Shown here one piece after another: positions 25,262-35,235 of a stretch of 64,000 bases of DNA; position 1 is the first letter of the stretch; each line of letters begins with the position of its first letter. Under the pieces are notes generated by a model. That model did no database searches and was not told the origin of the DNA. It saw only the letters and a program-made list of their open reading frames with translations. The DNA is taken from positions 3,061 through 67,060 of IMG/VR virus record IMGVR_UViG_2932454522_000001. The stretch is one strand, 5' to 3'. This DNA is from a virus (Duplodnaviria; Caudoviricetes). The translations under genes and the position numbers were made by a program.

Positions 25262-26100
25262 TGGCGGCCGCGACGGAAGGAGCAGTGTCGGGCCCCTGCG
25301 GCTGGGAGCCCGACGACCAGTGCTGCCCAGGGAAAGACGAACTCCCCGAGGGCGTGTGGGCGTCTTCCGTCGCGGCGGCCACCGAGATCCTGTACCGCCT
25401 CACCGGCGCCCAGTTCGGTGCCTGCGGCAGGATCGTCCGCCCGTGTCACACGCCGTGCCCCACGCAAGGGTGCGGCGTGTGTCCGGGCGGCAGCTCTGGC
25501 TCCCTGGGCGCCCCCTGGCGGCCCTGGGTGGTCGGCGGGGACGTCTACAACTTCAGCTGTAGCGAAGGCCGCGGGTGCGGCTGCGGCCCGGCCGTGCCGA
25601 CGGTGCGCCTTCAGGGCCCGGTGCACAAGGTCGTCGGCGTCGTCATCGACGGCACCGAACTGCCCACCGACGCCTACGCGGTCTACGACCAGCGGGACCT
25701 GGTGCGCCTCGACGGCAAGGGCTGGCCGTGCTGCCAGCGCCTGGACCAGCCGCTGACCGAACCGCTGACGTGGGCGGTCAACTACGAGCGCGGTAAGCCG
25801 CTGTCCGTCGCCGGACGGCGCGCCTTGGGGGCGTTGGCGTGTGAGTTCACGCGGCTGTGCGTCGGCTCGAAGTGCCGCATCCCGAGCAGGGTCACGAACG
25901 TCACCCGCGACGGCGTGACGTACCAGATCGACCCCTCGACCTTCTATGCCGAGGGCCTGACCGGGATCACCGAAGTCGACCTGTGGATCAAGGCCGTCAA
26001 CCCGCACCAGCGCCAGCGCCGCGCTTCCTCGCGCAACATCGACCGCCCGGCGGCGGGCCGCGTGCGCAGCTTCCCGCGTGACACCTGGGGGAGCCCGTGA
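25261..26100 (+). CDS. Head-to-tail adaptor (Cys-rich)
   Basis: Position; ATEILYRLTG.QFG.C...RPC, LACEF, CRIP.RVT.VTR.GV and TGI.EVDLW motifs. Confidence 0.75.
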   Translation: MAAATEGAVSGPCGWEPDDQCCPGKDELPEGVWASSVAAATEILYRLTGAQFGACGRIVRPCHTPCPTQGCGVCPGGSSGSLGAPWRPWVVGGDVYNFSCSEGRGCGCGPAVPTVRLQGPVHKVVGVVIDGTELPTDAYAVYDQRDLVRLDGKGWPCCQRLDQPLTEPLTWAVNYERGKPLSVAGRRALGALACEFTRLCVGSKCRIPSRVTNVTRDGVTYQIDPSTFYAEGLTGITEVDLWIKAVNPHQRQRRASSRNIDRPAAGRVRSFPRDTWGSP

Positions 26101-26681
26101 TCGTCACCCCGCAAGGGCGCCCGAAGTCGCCCTTCGGCGTCATGCTGGCCCACCTCGTGGCGTGCATCTGCCGACGCTACGCGGCGCTCGGCATGCCGCT
26201 GTGCGTCTGCGAGATGCGCCACCACGGCACGCTGCTCATCCCCGACCACTGCGCCGACGCCTGCGCCTGCAACAGCCCCGACGCTGCCGGGGCTCTGTAC
26301 GGCCGCGTCGCCGAGATCCGCCCGTATCAGGACGGCACCGAGAACTCCCGCCCCTGCATCGACCCGATGGTGGAAGTGGAGTTCGCGTTCGCCGTCTACC
26401 GGTGCACCGAGCTGACCGAGGACGGCTCGGCGCCCCCGTCCGACGTCGTCGGCAACGAGGCCCATGACTTCCTCGTCGACGCCACCACGATCCGCCAGGC
26501 CCTCATGTGCTGCGACGTGTGGCACGACGACGCCGAAGGCGACGGATGGCGCCCCCGCCTGTTCACGTGGACGCCCCTGTCCGGCGGCGGCTGCGCCGGG
26601 GGAGAGCAGCGGCTCATCGTCGTCGGCCGCGAGCGCCTGGGCCGACTCCACTTCGAACCCGTCCCGCTGGAGGCAGCGTGA
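26097..26681 (+). CDS. Virion neck / tail terminator-like protein
   Basis: Coupled ORF; Cys-rich; P..GGC.GG motif. Confidence 0.6.
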   Translation: MIVTPQGRPKSPFGVMLAHLVACICRRYAALGMPLCVCEMRHHGTLLIPDHCADACACNSPDAAGALYGRVAEIRPYQDGTENSRPCIDPMVEVEFAFAVYRCTELTEDGSAPPSDVVGNEAHDFLVDATTIRQALMCCDVWHDDAEGDGWRPRLFTWTPLSGGGCAGGEQRLIVVGRERLGRLHFEPVPLEAA

Positions 26682-26839
26682 GCGAGCAGCAGGTGACCGT
26701 CCGCGTAAACAGGCTGTTCGCCGGCGGCCCCGACGTCGGCAGCGTCGTCACGGTCACGCGTACCGAGTTCCTGGACAACCTCATCCGCTCCGGGATCCTC
26801 ACCGTCGTGCACCTCCCTCACGAACCGCAGGGGGAGTAG
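26678..26839 (+). CDS. Small hypothetical protein
   Basis: GGAGG SD; GTGA overlap; stop overlaps the next start. Confidence 0.6.
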   Translation: MSEQQVTVRVNRLFAGGPDVGSVVTVTRTEFLDNLIRSGILTVVHLPHEPQGE

Positions 26840-27273
26840 TGGGCGCCGTCACCCTCAACGAAGCCGAGATCAACCGCCTGTTGTACTCCGCGGGCGGCCC
26901 CGTGCACGGCAAGGTCTACGAAGTCGCGCGCGCCGTGCAGGACTCCGCGCGCGCCTCGATCAACTCCGACTCCGGACGTCTGGCCGCGTCGATCCGCGTC
27001 ACCGTGCAGGGCCAGCCGAGCCGCCAGCGGGTGTGGGCGCGGATCGGAACCAAGCTCGATTACGGCTGGTACCAGGAAGTCGGAACCGGCATCTACGGCC
27101 CCCGTCACCAGCTGATCAGGCCCAAGCGCGCCAAGGCGCTGCGCTTTCGGCCGCGCGGCAGCGGGCGAGTTGTGTTCGCGAAGTGGTCGCGCGGGTCCCG
27201 ACCGCAGCACTTCATGGTCAACGCCCTGCACCGCGCCAGTCCGTGGCCAGTGCGGGAGTACCCCACCCCGTAG
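26839..27273 (+). CDS. HK97 gp10-like neck protein
   Basis: SGRLAASI, YG.YQEVGTG and IRPKRAKALRF motifs. Confidence 0.75.
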   Translation: MGAVTLNEAEINRLLYSAGGPVHGKVYEVARAVQDSARASINSDSGRLAASIRVTVQGQPSRQRVWARIGTKLDYGWYQEVGTGIYGPRHQLIRPKRAKALRFRPRGSGRVVFAKWSRGSRPQHFMVNALHRASPWPVREYPTP

Positions 27274-27336
27274 CGGGCGGGTGACTCCAACTGGAGTCGT
27301 TCACTGTTCAACAACCCTCGAGAAATTCGGTCCCTC

Positions 27337-27798
27337 ATGGCGCTGCAATTCACCACCGGCGACAACGCCGCCAAGGAACTCGCCCCGCCCGTCCCCATCG
27401 ACCTCGACGACGAGGAACTGACGGCGTACTGCCCCAAGTCTCGTGCCTGGTCACGCCTGCTGGGCGCCCTGTCCTCGGCCGCCACGACCGCCGACGAACA
27501 GTTCGCCATCGGCGCGTTCATGGACCAGGCCTTCGACGACCAGGACCGCCTCTACCTGGAGCGCCGCTTCCGCGACCGCAACGACCCCCTCGACATCGAC
27601 ATCCTCGCGGAGATCTTCTCCGCCGTCATGGAGGAATGGGCCCCGTACATGGGCGAGGAAGTCGAGCGCGTCCAGGAAGCCCGCGCCACCGTCGGCGCTC
27701 GCAACCGCGCCGAGCGCCGCGCCGTCTCCTCCAGCCGCAAGCCAGGCCGCGCCCGGCCCGTCAAGGCCAAGCAGCCCACCGCGCAGGGCGCCGAGTAG
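27337..27798 (+). CDS. Tail assembly chaperone
   Basis: Position before the tape-measure gene; R..DRNDPLD motif. Confidence 0.7.
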   Translation: MALQFTTGDNAAKELAPPVPIDLDDEELTAYCPKSRAWSRLLGALSSAATTADEQFAIGAFMDQAFDDQDRLYLERRFRDRNDPLDIDILAEIFSAVMEEWAPYMGEEVERVQEARATVGARNRAERRAVSSSRKPGRARPVKAKQPTAQGAE

Positions 27799-27803
27799 CG
27801 CCG

Positions 27804-28415
27804 ATGGAGGACGAGGGCGCCCCTTACTGGGAGTCGGGACCGGCCGACCCCCCGTTCGTGCTGTCCATCGGCGAGGAGGAACTGACCGTCCCCCTCGTTG
27901 CAACCGGATGGTGGCTGGGCGCCCTCGCAGGCGGCGACTGGAACACCATCGTGCGCCTGGTCGACGAGTGCAACGAACACCGCCTCAGCATGCTCGCCGA
28001 CGTCGAGGACCTGGACACCGACGACCTGCACCGGCTTGGCTGCACGATCGCCGAGACGGTCGCCGGCTGCCCCTGGCCCATGGCCGTACGCCTGGCCCAG
28101 CACGCCGTCGCCGGGACGTGGATCGACTTCGCCGCCCCCCTGATCGCGATGGCCCCCGCCCTCGATCCGATGACCGCGCCCCTGCGCCAGGTCCTGGCCA
28201 CCGTGTGGTCGCTGCTCCTCCAGGGTGAGGAAAAGAAGGCTGACCGCGAGCTGCTGCGCGCGCAGTACATGGCCGCCGACGGCACCAATGCCCCGCCCAA
28301 CCCCAAGCACGCCAAGGGAGCGCCGACCATGTCCGGCAGCAAGTACCGCAGGTTCTCCGACGCCGAGGCCGCCGCCGCGTTCCGCGCCGCCTCCACCGAG
28401 AAGGTCGGAGGCTAG
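27804..28415 (+). CDS. Tail assembly chaperone-like protein 2
   Basis: Lies between the chaperone and tape-measure genes; good codon bias. Confidence 0.6.
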   Translation: MEDEGAPYWESGPADPPFVLSIGEEELTVPLVATGWWLGALAGGDWNTIVRLVDECNEHRLSMLADVEDLDTDDLHRLGCTIAETVAGCPWPMAVRLAQHAVAGTWIDFAAPLIAMAPALDPMTAPLRQVLATVWSLLLQGEEKKADRELLRAQYMAADGTNAPPNPKHAKGAPTMSGSKYRRFSDAEAAAAFRAASTEKVGG

Positions 28416-28417
28416 CT

Positions 28418-31400
28418 ATGGCGCTCGCCGAGGCGATGGTCGACATCAACGCCGACACCTCCAAGTTCAAGCGCACCCTGCGCCGGGAGTTGCGCAACCA
28501 CTCCATCGACGTTCGGCTCAACGCCGACTTCGCCGAGTTCAAGCAGCGCCTGCGCCAGCTGTCCGGGCAGGTCGAGGTCAAGCTGATCCCGAACATGAAG
28601 GAACTGCGCGCCCGCCTCAGGGCCGCGAAGTTCAACGCGCAGGTGGCGCTCCAGCCCAACCTCACCGCGATCCGCACCACACTGGCCCGCGCGCTGCTGC
28701 GCGCCGAGGTCGAGCTGATCCCCGATCTGAAGGTGCTCCGCGCCCGACTGGCCGCCATGCGCCTGTCGCGCTCGGTCGACCTCGACGCCGACACCGCCGG
28801 CCTGCGCGCCCAGATCGCCGCCACTCGCGCCCGGCCCATCACCGTCCCCGTACGCGGCGACACCCGCCAGCTGTCCAACTCGCTCGCGGCCCTGTCCAAG
28901 GTCCTGCCGTCGGCCAAGATCCTGGCACTGGGGACCGCGATCGCCGTCCTGGGCACACAGGCCGCCGTCACTTCCGCGCACATCGTCTACTTCGTCGCCG
29001 CGATGGCGCCCATGGTCGGCATCCTCGCCGCCGCGCCGGCCGCCGTGACGGGCCTGGCCGCAGCGCTCGGCGGACTCATCGCCGGGTGGGAAGGCGTCAA
29101 GAAGGCGATGCAGCCCCTGAAGGGGCAGTTCGACGCGATCAAGAAGTCGGCCTCGGCCGCGATCTACGACAAGCTCTCCGCCTCCCTCAAGGGCGTCGGC
29201 ACCGTCATGGCAACGCTCAAGACGGGCCTGACCGGCATCGCGGCCGAGTGGGGCCGCGCCGGGGCAGCGGCGATCAACTACATCAAGTCCACCGAAGGCG
29301 TCTCCCGCCTGAAGTCGATCCTCGACGCGGCCAAGGGGTCCGTGCGCGGCCTCGCCGACGGCACCAAGCCGCTCACCAAGGGCTTCCTCGACCTGTCCGC
29401 GACGATCTCGGACACCTTCGGCAAGCGGTTCGCCGACGCCCTCAAGAACGGCATGACCGGCTTCGGCCAGTGGATGACCCGCATCAGCCAGGGCGGCAGG
29501 GCCACGCAGTGGGTGGAGCAATCCATCGTGGCCTTCAAGGAGTTCGGCCAGATCCTCGGCAACGTCGGCGGGATCATCGGCTCTGTCTTCAAGGCCGCCA
29601 ACCGCGCCGGCGGCGAGTACATGTCGACGCTCTCGCAGACCCTGGCGGAGACGAACAAGTTCCTGAAGACGGGCCAGGGCCAGACCGCGTTGGTCAACAT
29701 CTTCAAGGCCCTGAACGACATCGGCAGCGAACTGGCCCCGCTGTTCCGCCAGCTGTTCTCCACCATCGGCCAGATCGCGCCCGTCGTCGCCAAACTGGCC
29801 ACCTCGATCAGTGGCGGGCTCCAAGCCGCGATCAAGGGCATCGGAGACGCGATCACCGCCGCCGGCCCCGGTCTGGAGGCGTTCGGCAAGGCCCTGTCCG
29901 ACGCCTTCGAGGACCCGGCCGTCGGCGCCGCGATGCAGTCCATCGGCGAAGCCCTCGGCCACCTCGCCGAATCCGTCGCCCCGATGCTCCCGCCGCTGGT
30001 CAAGGCCGTCGCCAACTTCGCCAAGGCGCTGGCCGACCTGATCAGCGCCACCCCGCCGGGCGTTCTGCAGGCCCTCGTCACCGCCCTGGTGGCGATGGCC
30101 GCGATCAAGTGGGTAGCTGGGGGAGTCACCGCGTTCGCCGCCGGGATCCGCTCCGTCGGGACCGCCGCGTCGTCGGTGCGCTCCGGTGTACAGGTGCTGG
30201 GGCGGGTCCGTGACGGGTTCCGTGACGCGGGCGCGGCTGCCTCGACCTTCTCGGGCACTGCCGGAACGCTCGGCGGGAAGCTGCGCACCGCGACCGACGC
30301 CGTCACCACGTTCGCCGGCTCGGTCGGCTCCAAGCTCAAGTCCGGCCTGTCGACCGCGACCACGGCCGTGGGCTCCTTCAGCATTGATGTCGGGCGCAAG
30401 CTCAAGTCGGGACTGTCGACGGCGTCGACGGCCGCGGGCTCGTTCGCCATCGACGTGGGCTCCAAGCTCCGCTCGGGCCTGTCGACCGCTTCAACGGCCG
30501 TGCAGTCGTTCGCCATCGACGTCGGGCGCAAGCTCAAGTCCGGTCTGTCGACCGCCTCGACGGCCGCGACGTCGTTCGGCTCGAAGGTCGGCACCGCCGT
30601 CTCCTCGGGCCTGTCACGGATGGGCTCCGCGCTCGCCACGGGCGCGCAGGCAGCAGCCAGTTACGGCAAGGCGATGCTGTCCGCCGGGCGCGCGGCCATC
30701 GTCTCCGGCGCCCAGGCCGCCGCCTCTGCTGCGAAGTTCATCGCGGTCAAGACGGCCTCGCTGGCGATCGCTGCGGCGACGAAGGTGTGGACGGCCGCTC
30801 AGTGGCTGCTCAACGTCGCCCTGAACGCCAACCCCATTGGTCTGCTGGTCATCGCGATCGCGGCCCTCGTCGCGATCATCGTCGTGATCGCGACCAAAAC
30901 CACCTGGTTCCAGACCGCGTGGGCCGCCATGACGTCGGCCCTGTCGACAGCCTGGAACGCAACCTGGTCGGTCCTGAAGGCCGGATTCGACGCCTTGATG
31001 GTCGCCCTGACCGCCGTGGGAACGTTCTTCTCCACGACCCTGCCCGGATTCTTCACCGGCGCCTTCTCCGGGATCGTGTCAACGGTCGGCGGGTGGGTCT
31101 CCTCCATCGTCGGGTTCTTCACCTCGCTGTGGACGCAAGCGTCGTCGATCTTCATGACCGGCGTGAACGCTGTGGTCACCTTCTTCACCACGCTGGTCAC
31201 CACCGTCGTTGGGACCGTATCGGGCTGGGTGTCCTCGGTCGTCGGGTTCTTCACCTCGCTGTGGTCGCAGGCGACCGCGATCGTGGGCGCCGGCGTCTCC
31301 GCCGTCGTCGGGTTCTTCGCCCAGCTCCCGGGCCGGGCGCTGTCCGCCGTGCAGTCGCTGCTCGGCTCGATCGGCTCGTTCTTCTCGAACCTGTGGTCCC

Positions 31401-32095
31401 GGGCCAAGTCGCTGACGTCGGCCGGAGTCTCGGCTGTCGTGTCGTTCTTCTCCGGCCTGCCGGGCAAGGCGATGTCCGCGATCCGCTCCCTGCTCGGCTC
31501 GATCGGCTCGTTCTTCTCCTCGGTCTGGAACTCGGCCAAGTCCAAGACGACGTCCGGCGTCGCCGCGATCGTCGCGTTCGTGCGCGGCGTCCCCGGCAAG
31601 ATCGTCTCCGCCCTGGGAGATCTGGCCTCGAAGGTCGGCGCCGTCTTCCAGAAGGCGTGGGACGCCGCGAAGCGCATCGGAACCTCGGTGATCAACTTCG
31701 CCAAGGAACTGCCCGGCAAGGTCGTCTCCGCCATGGGCGACATCGGCTCCAAGATCGCCAACACGATCAAGTCGAAGGTGCCCGGACCGCTCAAGAAATT
31801 CCTGCCGTTCGCCAACGGCGGCATCGTCGACGGCCCCACGCCCGCGCTGATCGGCGAGGCCGGGCGCGAGGTTGTCGTGCCGCTCACGCGGCCCAAGCGC
31901 GCCCGCGAATTGCTCTACGCCTCCGGTGCCGCACGGCTGCTCCAGCAGGACCGTCAGCGCGGTGACAAGGGCTGGGACAAGGCCGCCGCGCAGGTGTCGT
32001 CGCCGCAGATCGGCACGGTGCAGATCATCACCCCGGCCCAGGACCCCGAAGCCGTCGCCCTCGCCGTCGCCGCTCGCATGGCGCGCGCCGCCTAG
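28418..32095 (+). CDS. Tail tape measure protein
   Basis: 1225 aa, Ala/Gly/Ser-rich helical; LNANPIG motif; periodic W/F repeats; C-terminal FANGGIVDGPT.ALIGEAG.EVVVPL. Confidence 0.93.
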   Translation: MALAEAMVDINADTSKFKRTLRRELRNHSIDVRLNADFAEFKQRLRQLSGQVEVKLIPNMKELRARLRAAKFNAQVALQPNLTAIRTTLARALLRAEVELIPDLKVLRARLAAMRLSRSVDLDADTAGLRAQIAATRARPITVPVRGDTRQLSNSLAALSKVLPSAKILALGTAIAVLGTQAAVTSAHIVYFVAAMAPMVGILAAAPAAVTGLAAALGGLIAGWEGVKKAMQPLKGQFDAIKKSASAAIYDKLSASLKGVGTVMATLKTGLTGIAAEWGRAGAAAINYIKSTEGVSRLKSILDAAKGSVRGLADGTKPLTKGFLDLSATISDTFGKRFADALKNGMTGFGQWMTRISQGGRATQWVEQSIVAFKEFGQILGNVGGIIGSVFKAANRAGGEYMSTLSQTLAETNKFLKTGQGQTALVNIFKALNDIGSELAPLFRQLFSTIGQIAPVVAKLATSISGGLQAAIKGIGDAITAAGPGLEAFGKALSDAFEDPAVGAAMQSIGEALGHLAESVAPMLPPLVKAVANFAKALADLISATPPGVLQALVTALVAMAAIKWVAGGVTAFAAGIRSVGTAASSVRSGVQVLGRVRDGFRDAGAAASTFSGTAGTLGGKLRTATDAVTTFAGSVGSKLKSGLSTATTAVGSFSIDVGRKLKSGLSTASTAAGSFAIDVGSKLRSGLSTASTAVQSFAIDVGRKLKSGLSTASTAATSFGSKVGTAVSSGLSRMGSALATGAQAAASYGKAMLSAGRAAIVSGAQAAASAAKFIAVKTASLAIAAATKVWTAAQWLLNVALNANPIGLLVIAIAALVAIIVVIATKTTWFQTAWAAMTSALSTAWNATWSVLKAGFDALMVALTAVGTFFSTTLPGFFTGAFSGIVSTVGGWVSSIVGFFTSLWTQASSIFMTGVNAVVTFFTTLVTTVVGTVSGWVSSVVGFFTSLWSQATAIVGAGVSAVVGFFAQLPGRALSAVQSLLGSIGSFFSNLWSRAKSLTSAGVSAVVSFFSGLPGKAMSAIRSLLGSIGSFFSSVWNSAKSKTTSGVAAIVAFVRGVPGKIVSALGDLASKVGAVFQKAWDAAKRIGTSVINFAKELPGKVVSAMGDIGSKIANTIKSKVPGPLKKFLPFANGGIVDGPTPALIGEAGREVVVPLTRPKRARELLYASGAARLLQQDRQRGDKGWDKAAAQVSSPQIGTVQIITPAQDPEAVALAVAARMARAA
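30332..30595 (+). repeat. Four 66-bp (22-aa) tandem repeats inside the tape-measure gene
   Basis: KL(K/R)SGLSTA units start at 30332, 30398, 30464 and 30530. Confidence 0.85.
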
Positions 32096-32110
32096 AAAGG
32101 ACCCGAATCT

Positions 32111-33931
32111 GTGGCGTTCGCCGGATACCTCGACCTCGGCTCCGTGCCGCTGATCGACAACGAGCTGACCCATCGTCTCGCGACCGAGGCCGGGCTCGGC
32201 TCCGTGCTGCGGTGCGAGCCGTGCACGATCCCCGACGTGGCGTGGCGCAACCGGGCGCTGGAGTCGCCGCCGTGGTGGGACGACGCCGTCCCCGCATCCC
32301 GGGAGTTCCTGGGCCTGTCCGGGCTGGAGATGACCGGGCTCAACCGGCCCACCCGCTCGCGGGATGTGACCGCCCTGGCCCACGCCGGCGGTGCGCTCGG
32401 GCGGCTGCGCGCCGGACACCGCGAGATCGGCGTACGCGCCACTGCGCTCGCGACGTCGGATGCGGGCATGTCGTACGGCATGGGCTGGCTCGCCTGGGCC
32501 CTCGCCCACGTCGACCAAGAGCATGACGCGATGTCGTGCGGCTCCTGTGCCGGGTCGACGGCGCGCATCCTCGCCTACTGCCCCACCGACTCCGAGGACT
32601 GGACCGCCTGGCGCACCCTGTACGAGGTCGGCCTGCTCGACTGGGGCGAGGACCCCACCATGCGGCGCGGCGCCGCCTCGTGCACCGGCGGCAAAGTCGT
32701 CATCGGGGAAGTGACGTTCACGCTCGCCGCCGCCCGGCCGTGGATCCACGGTCCGCTGCTGCCGCTCGCCGACCACCTGGGCTTCTACACGCCCACCCGG
32801 TGGCCGTGCCAAGGCTGGGTGCCGCACGTCGACGGCGTCGAGGGCAACCCACTGGACTGCGAAATCAGCGTGCTGGACGAGTGCATCACGTGGATGCCCG
32901 CCTCCGAAGGGTTCTGCTTCACCGACTCCTGCAACCACACCCGCGCCAACGTCCTGGACCCGGTACAGACGACCGGGTCGGGCACCACGACCCTCGGCTA
33001 CGCGCTGGCCGGAACGGGACCGGGAGTGCTCAAGGTCCGCGAGGGCCGCGTCGGAATCGAGAACGCGACGGCCGCCGACACCACCGTGCGCTACCAGCAC
33101 CCCACCTCGCCGGGCTGGCCCGTACGCCCCGGGCATCTGATCACCTACAGCGCGGAGGTCGCCCAGGGCGCCCGGGTGCAGGCCCAACTGGTGTGGCTCA
33201 ACTCCGAGGGGTCGCAAGTCTCCATCACCGGTGAAACCGACCCGACCACCGGCACCGTAGAGGGCAACGCGCCCGAGCTGGCCCGCTACGTCCGCCCCGA
33301 AATCGTCTTCCTCGACAAGCCCCCGGCCTGGCAGCTCATCGGCCCCGCCCAGCTCCTCGCCCTGCCGCCCGGCGTGCGGCCCGGCTCGGCCTGCGACCCC
33401 AACCCCTACTTCACCGCCCCCAAGCCCCCGCCGACGCTGCCCGTGCCCGGCAACCCCGCCACGTGCATCGCGACCCTCACCCCCGCCTACGCCACGTCGC
33501 ACGTGCCCGGCGGCCTGGCCCCGACGCACTGCGAGATGGTGCCGTCCATCGTCGTGCACGCGGGCGCCAAGCCCGTGAAAAAGCTGTCGATCAAGATCTA
33601 CCGCTCCACGACGGGCGGCTCCTGCGCCCCGGAAGACCTGGACGACTGCGACCTCGTCGCGACTGTCGGCGTGCCCTACCTCGGCGCAGGCACCGTGCTG
33701 TCCCTCGACGGCCGCGCCGGCTGCTTCACCAAGATCTGCGCCGACGGCAGCACCGAGGAAAACGTCAGCGTCTTCAACGGCAACGGCCGGCCGATCCGCG
33801 AGTTGCCGACGTTCAGCGCCGCCGAATCCTGGTGCGTGGTCGCCATCGCCGACCGGGGCGAGATCGTCGACCCCGAAGCCGTCACCGCCACGCTGTCCAT
33901 CATGGCCACGCCCCGGTGGGAGGCCGCCTGA
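32111..33931 (+). CDS. Minor tail protein (distal-tail-like)
   Basis: First gene after the tape-measure gene; PPWWD..VPASREFLG motif. Confidence 0.75.
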   Translation: MAFAGYLDLGSVPLIDNELTHRLATEAGLGSVLRCEPCTIPDVAWRNRALESPPWWDDAVPASREFLGLSGLEMTGLNRPTRSRDVTALAHAGGALGRLRAGHREIGVRATALATSDAGMSYGMGWLAWALAHVDQEHDAMSCGSCAGSTARILAYCPTDSEDWTAWRTLYEVGLLDWGEDPTMRRGAASCTGGKVVIGEVTFTLAAARPWIHGPLLPLADHLGFYTPTRWPCQGWVPHVDGVEGNPLDCEISVLDECITWMPASEGFCFTDSCNHTRANVLDPVQTTGSGTTTLGYALAGTGPGVLKVREGRVGIENATAADTTVRYQHPTSPGWPVRPGHLITYSAEVAQGARVQAQLVWLNSEGSQVSITGETDPTTGTVEGNAPELARYVRPEIVFLDKPPAWQLIGPAQLLALPPGVRPGSACDPNPYFTAPKPPPTLPVPGNPATCIATLTPAYATSHVPGGLAPTHCEMVPSIVVHAGAKPVKKLSIKIYRSTTGGSCAPEDLDDCDLVATVGVPYLGAGTVLSLDGRAGCFTKICADGSTEENVSVFNGNGRPIRELPTFSAAESWCVVAIADRGEIVDPEAVTATLSIMATPRWEAA

Positions 33932-35235
33932 TGACCCGCGCGCTGGGCTGCGCCCAGGAATACCTCGTCGTCCTGCACTACCGGGGCGGCCCTCAGGCCG
34001 GTATCGCCGCGATCGCCGAGCGGCCCGCGGTCATCAAGTGGCAACGCATCCTCGACGGCATCAGCGCCTGCACGATCACGCTCGCCAAGCCGCTGTGCGG
34101 CTCCATGGTCAAGGCACTGGACCCCACCATCGTGCAGAACCCCGAGTGGGGCTATGAGATCAGCATCTACCGCGACCAGGACACCGAACCGTCCTGGTGC
34201 GGCCCGCTGGTCACGTACACCGAGACGCGGACCACGATCACGCTCGGCGGGTTCGACCTGCTCGCGTGGCTGAAGATGCGGCCCATCCCCGTCGACTACC
34301 GCTACACCGGCGCCAGTTCACTGGACGCCTCCGAGCTGGCCGCATGGATCATGAACGAGGCCTATGCCCTCGACGACCCCTCGGCGCGCGCGAACATCCT
34401 CGTCACCCCCGCCGGCATCCCCGCATCCCGCCGGGGCCAGGCCTGGGGCGAAGTCGCCTGGGAAGCCATCAATGCCCTGGTGACTGCCCACATTGACCTG
34501 ACGTGCATCGTGCGCACGATCCTGATCGGCCCCGAGCAACACAGCGTCCTGGGACGGGTCCTGCACCTGACCGAAGAGGACTTCGCCGACGGCGAGGGCC
34601 CCACCGTCGAACGCGACGGCTACACCGCCGCCACGATGTACACCGCGAAAGCCCAGGGCATTCAGGGCGTCGTGGCCGACCCGAACGCGGTGACCCCGAC
34701 CGACTCGAACTGGGTCGACATCCACGCCATCCGCAAAGAGGGCGAGGACGGCACCCCGGAGTTCACGCAGACCGACCAGACACCGAACGCGGCCGAGGTC
34801 CAGGCCCAGACCCCGCCGAACGTCGCGACGGTCGGCGCGACCGAGGACGGATGGCGCGGCCTGCTCTGGCAGCTCCGCTCCATGCAGGGCACGCGCCTGA
34901 TCGACGAAGTCACCCTCACCGCCCAGCGCGGCCTGCGCCGGGGCCGCCACCCGCACTACATGCGCATGTCCGCCTCCCAGCTCCACCCCAAAGCACCGGT
35001 GCCCATGGAAGACCTCATCCCCGGCGCCCGCGTGATGCTCCACCTCGACGACACATGGGTGCGCCCCCTGATGACCCCGATGCGGCTCACGAACGTGGAC
35101 GTGACCTTCGACCAGAACGGCGAGCACGTCCAGATCGCCTGCGAGCCCGTCTCGATCAACGTCGAGGACCCCAGCGACGAGGACGAAAGCGGCCTGACCG
35201 ACGACGACCAGGAGGACACCCGTGGCGCGCGCTGA
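33931..35235 (+). CDS. Minor tail protein
   Basis: LGC...Y, W.R.LD.IS.C, YRD....WCGP and DLIPG.RV motifs; TGATG coupling. Confidence 0.75.
   Translation: MTRALGCAQEYLVVLHYRGGPQAGIAAIAERPAVIKWQRILDGISACTITLAKPLCGSMVKALDPTIVQNPEWGYEISIYRDQDTEPSWCGPLVTYTETRTTITLGGFDLLAWLKMRPIPVDYRYTGASSLDASELAAWIMNEAYALDDPSARANILVTPAGIPASRRGQAWGEVAWEAINALVTAHIDLTCIVRTILIGPEQHSVLGRVLHLTEEDFADGEGPTVERDGYTAATMYTAKAQGIQGVVADPNAVTPTDSNWVDIHAIRKEGEDGTPEFTQTDQTPNAAEVQAQTPPNVATVGATEDGWRGLLWQLRSMQGTRLIDEVTLTAQRGLRRGRHPHYMRMSASQLHPKAPVPMEDLIPGARVMLHLDDTWVRPLMTPMRLTNVDVTFDQNGEHVQIACEPVSINVEDPSDEDESGLTDDDQEDTRGAR

Noticed and set aside
27636-27803. Classical tail-assembly-chaperone -1 frameshift
   Set aside because: The -1 frame is open, but I found no in-phase X XXY YYZ heptamer and the second ORF has its own ATG at 27804.
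30332-31800. Repeats in the tape-measure gene read as DGR or VNTR signals
   Set aside because: They are ordinary in-frame helical TMP repeats, and no reverse transcriptase is present in the window.
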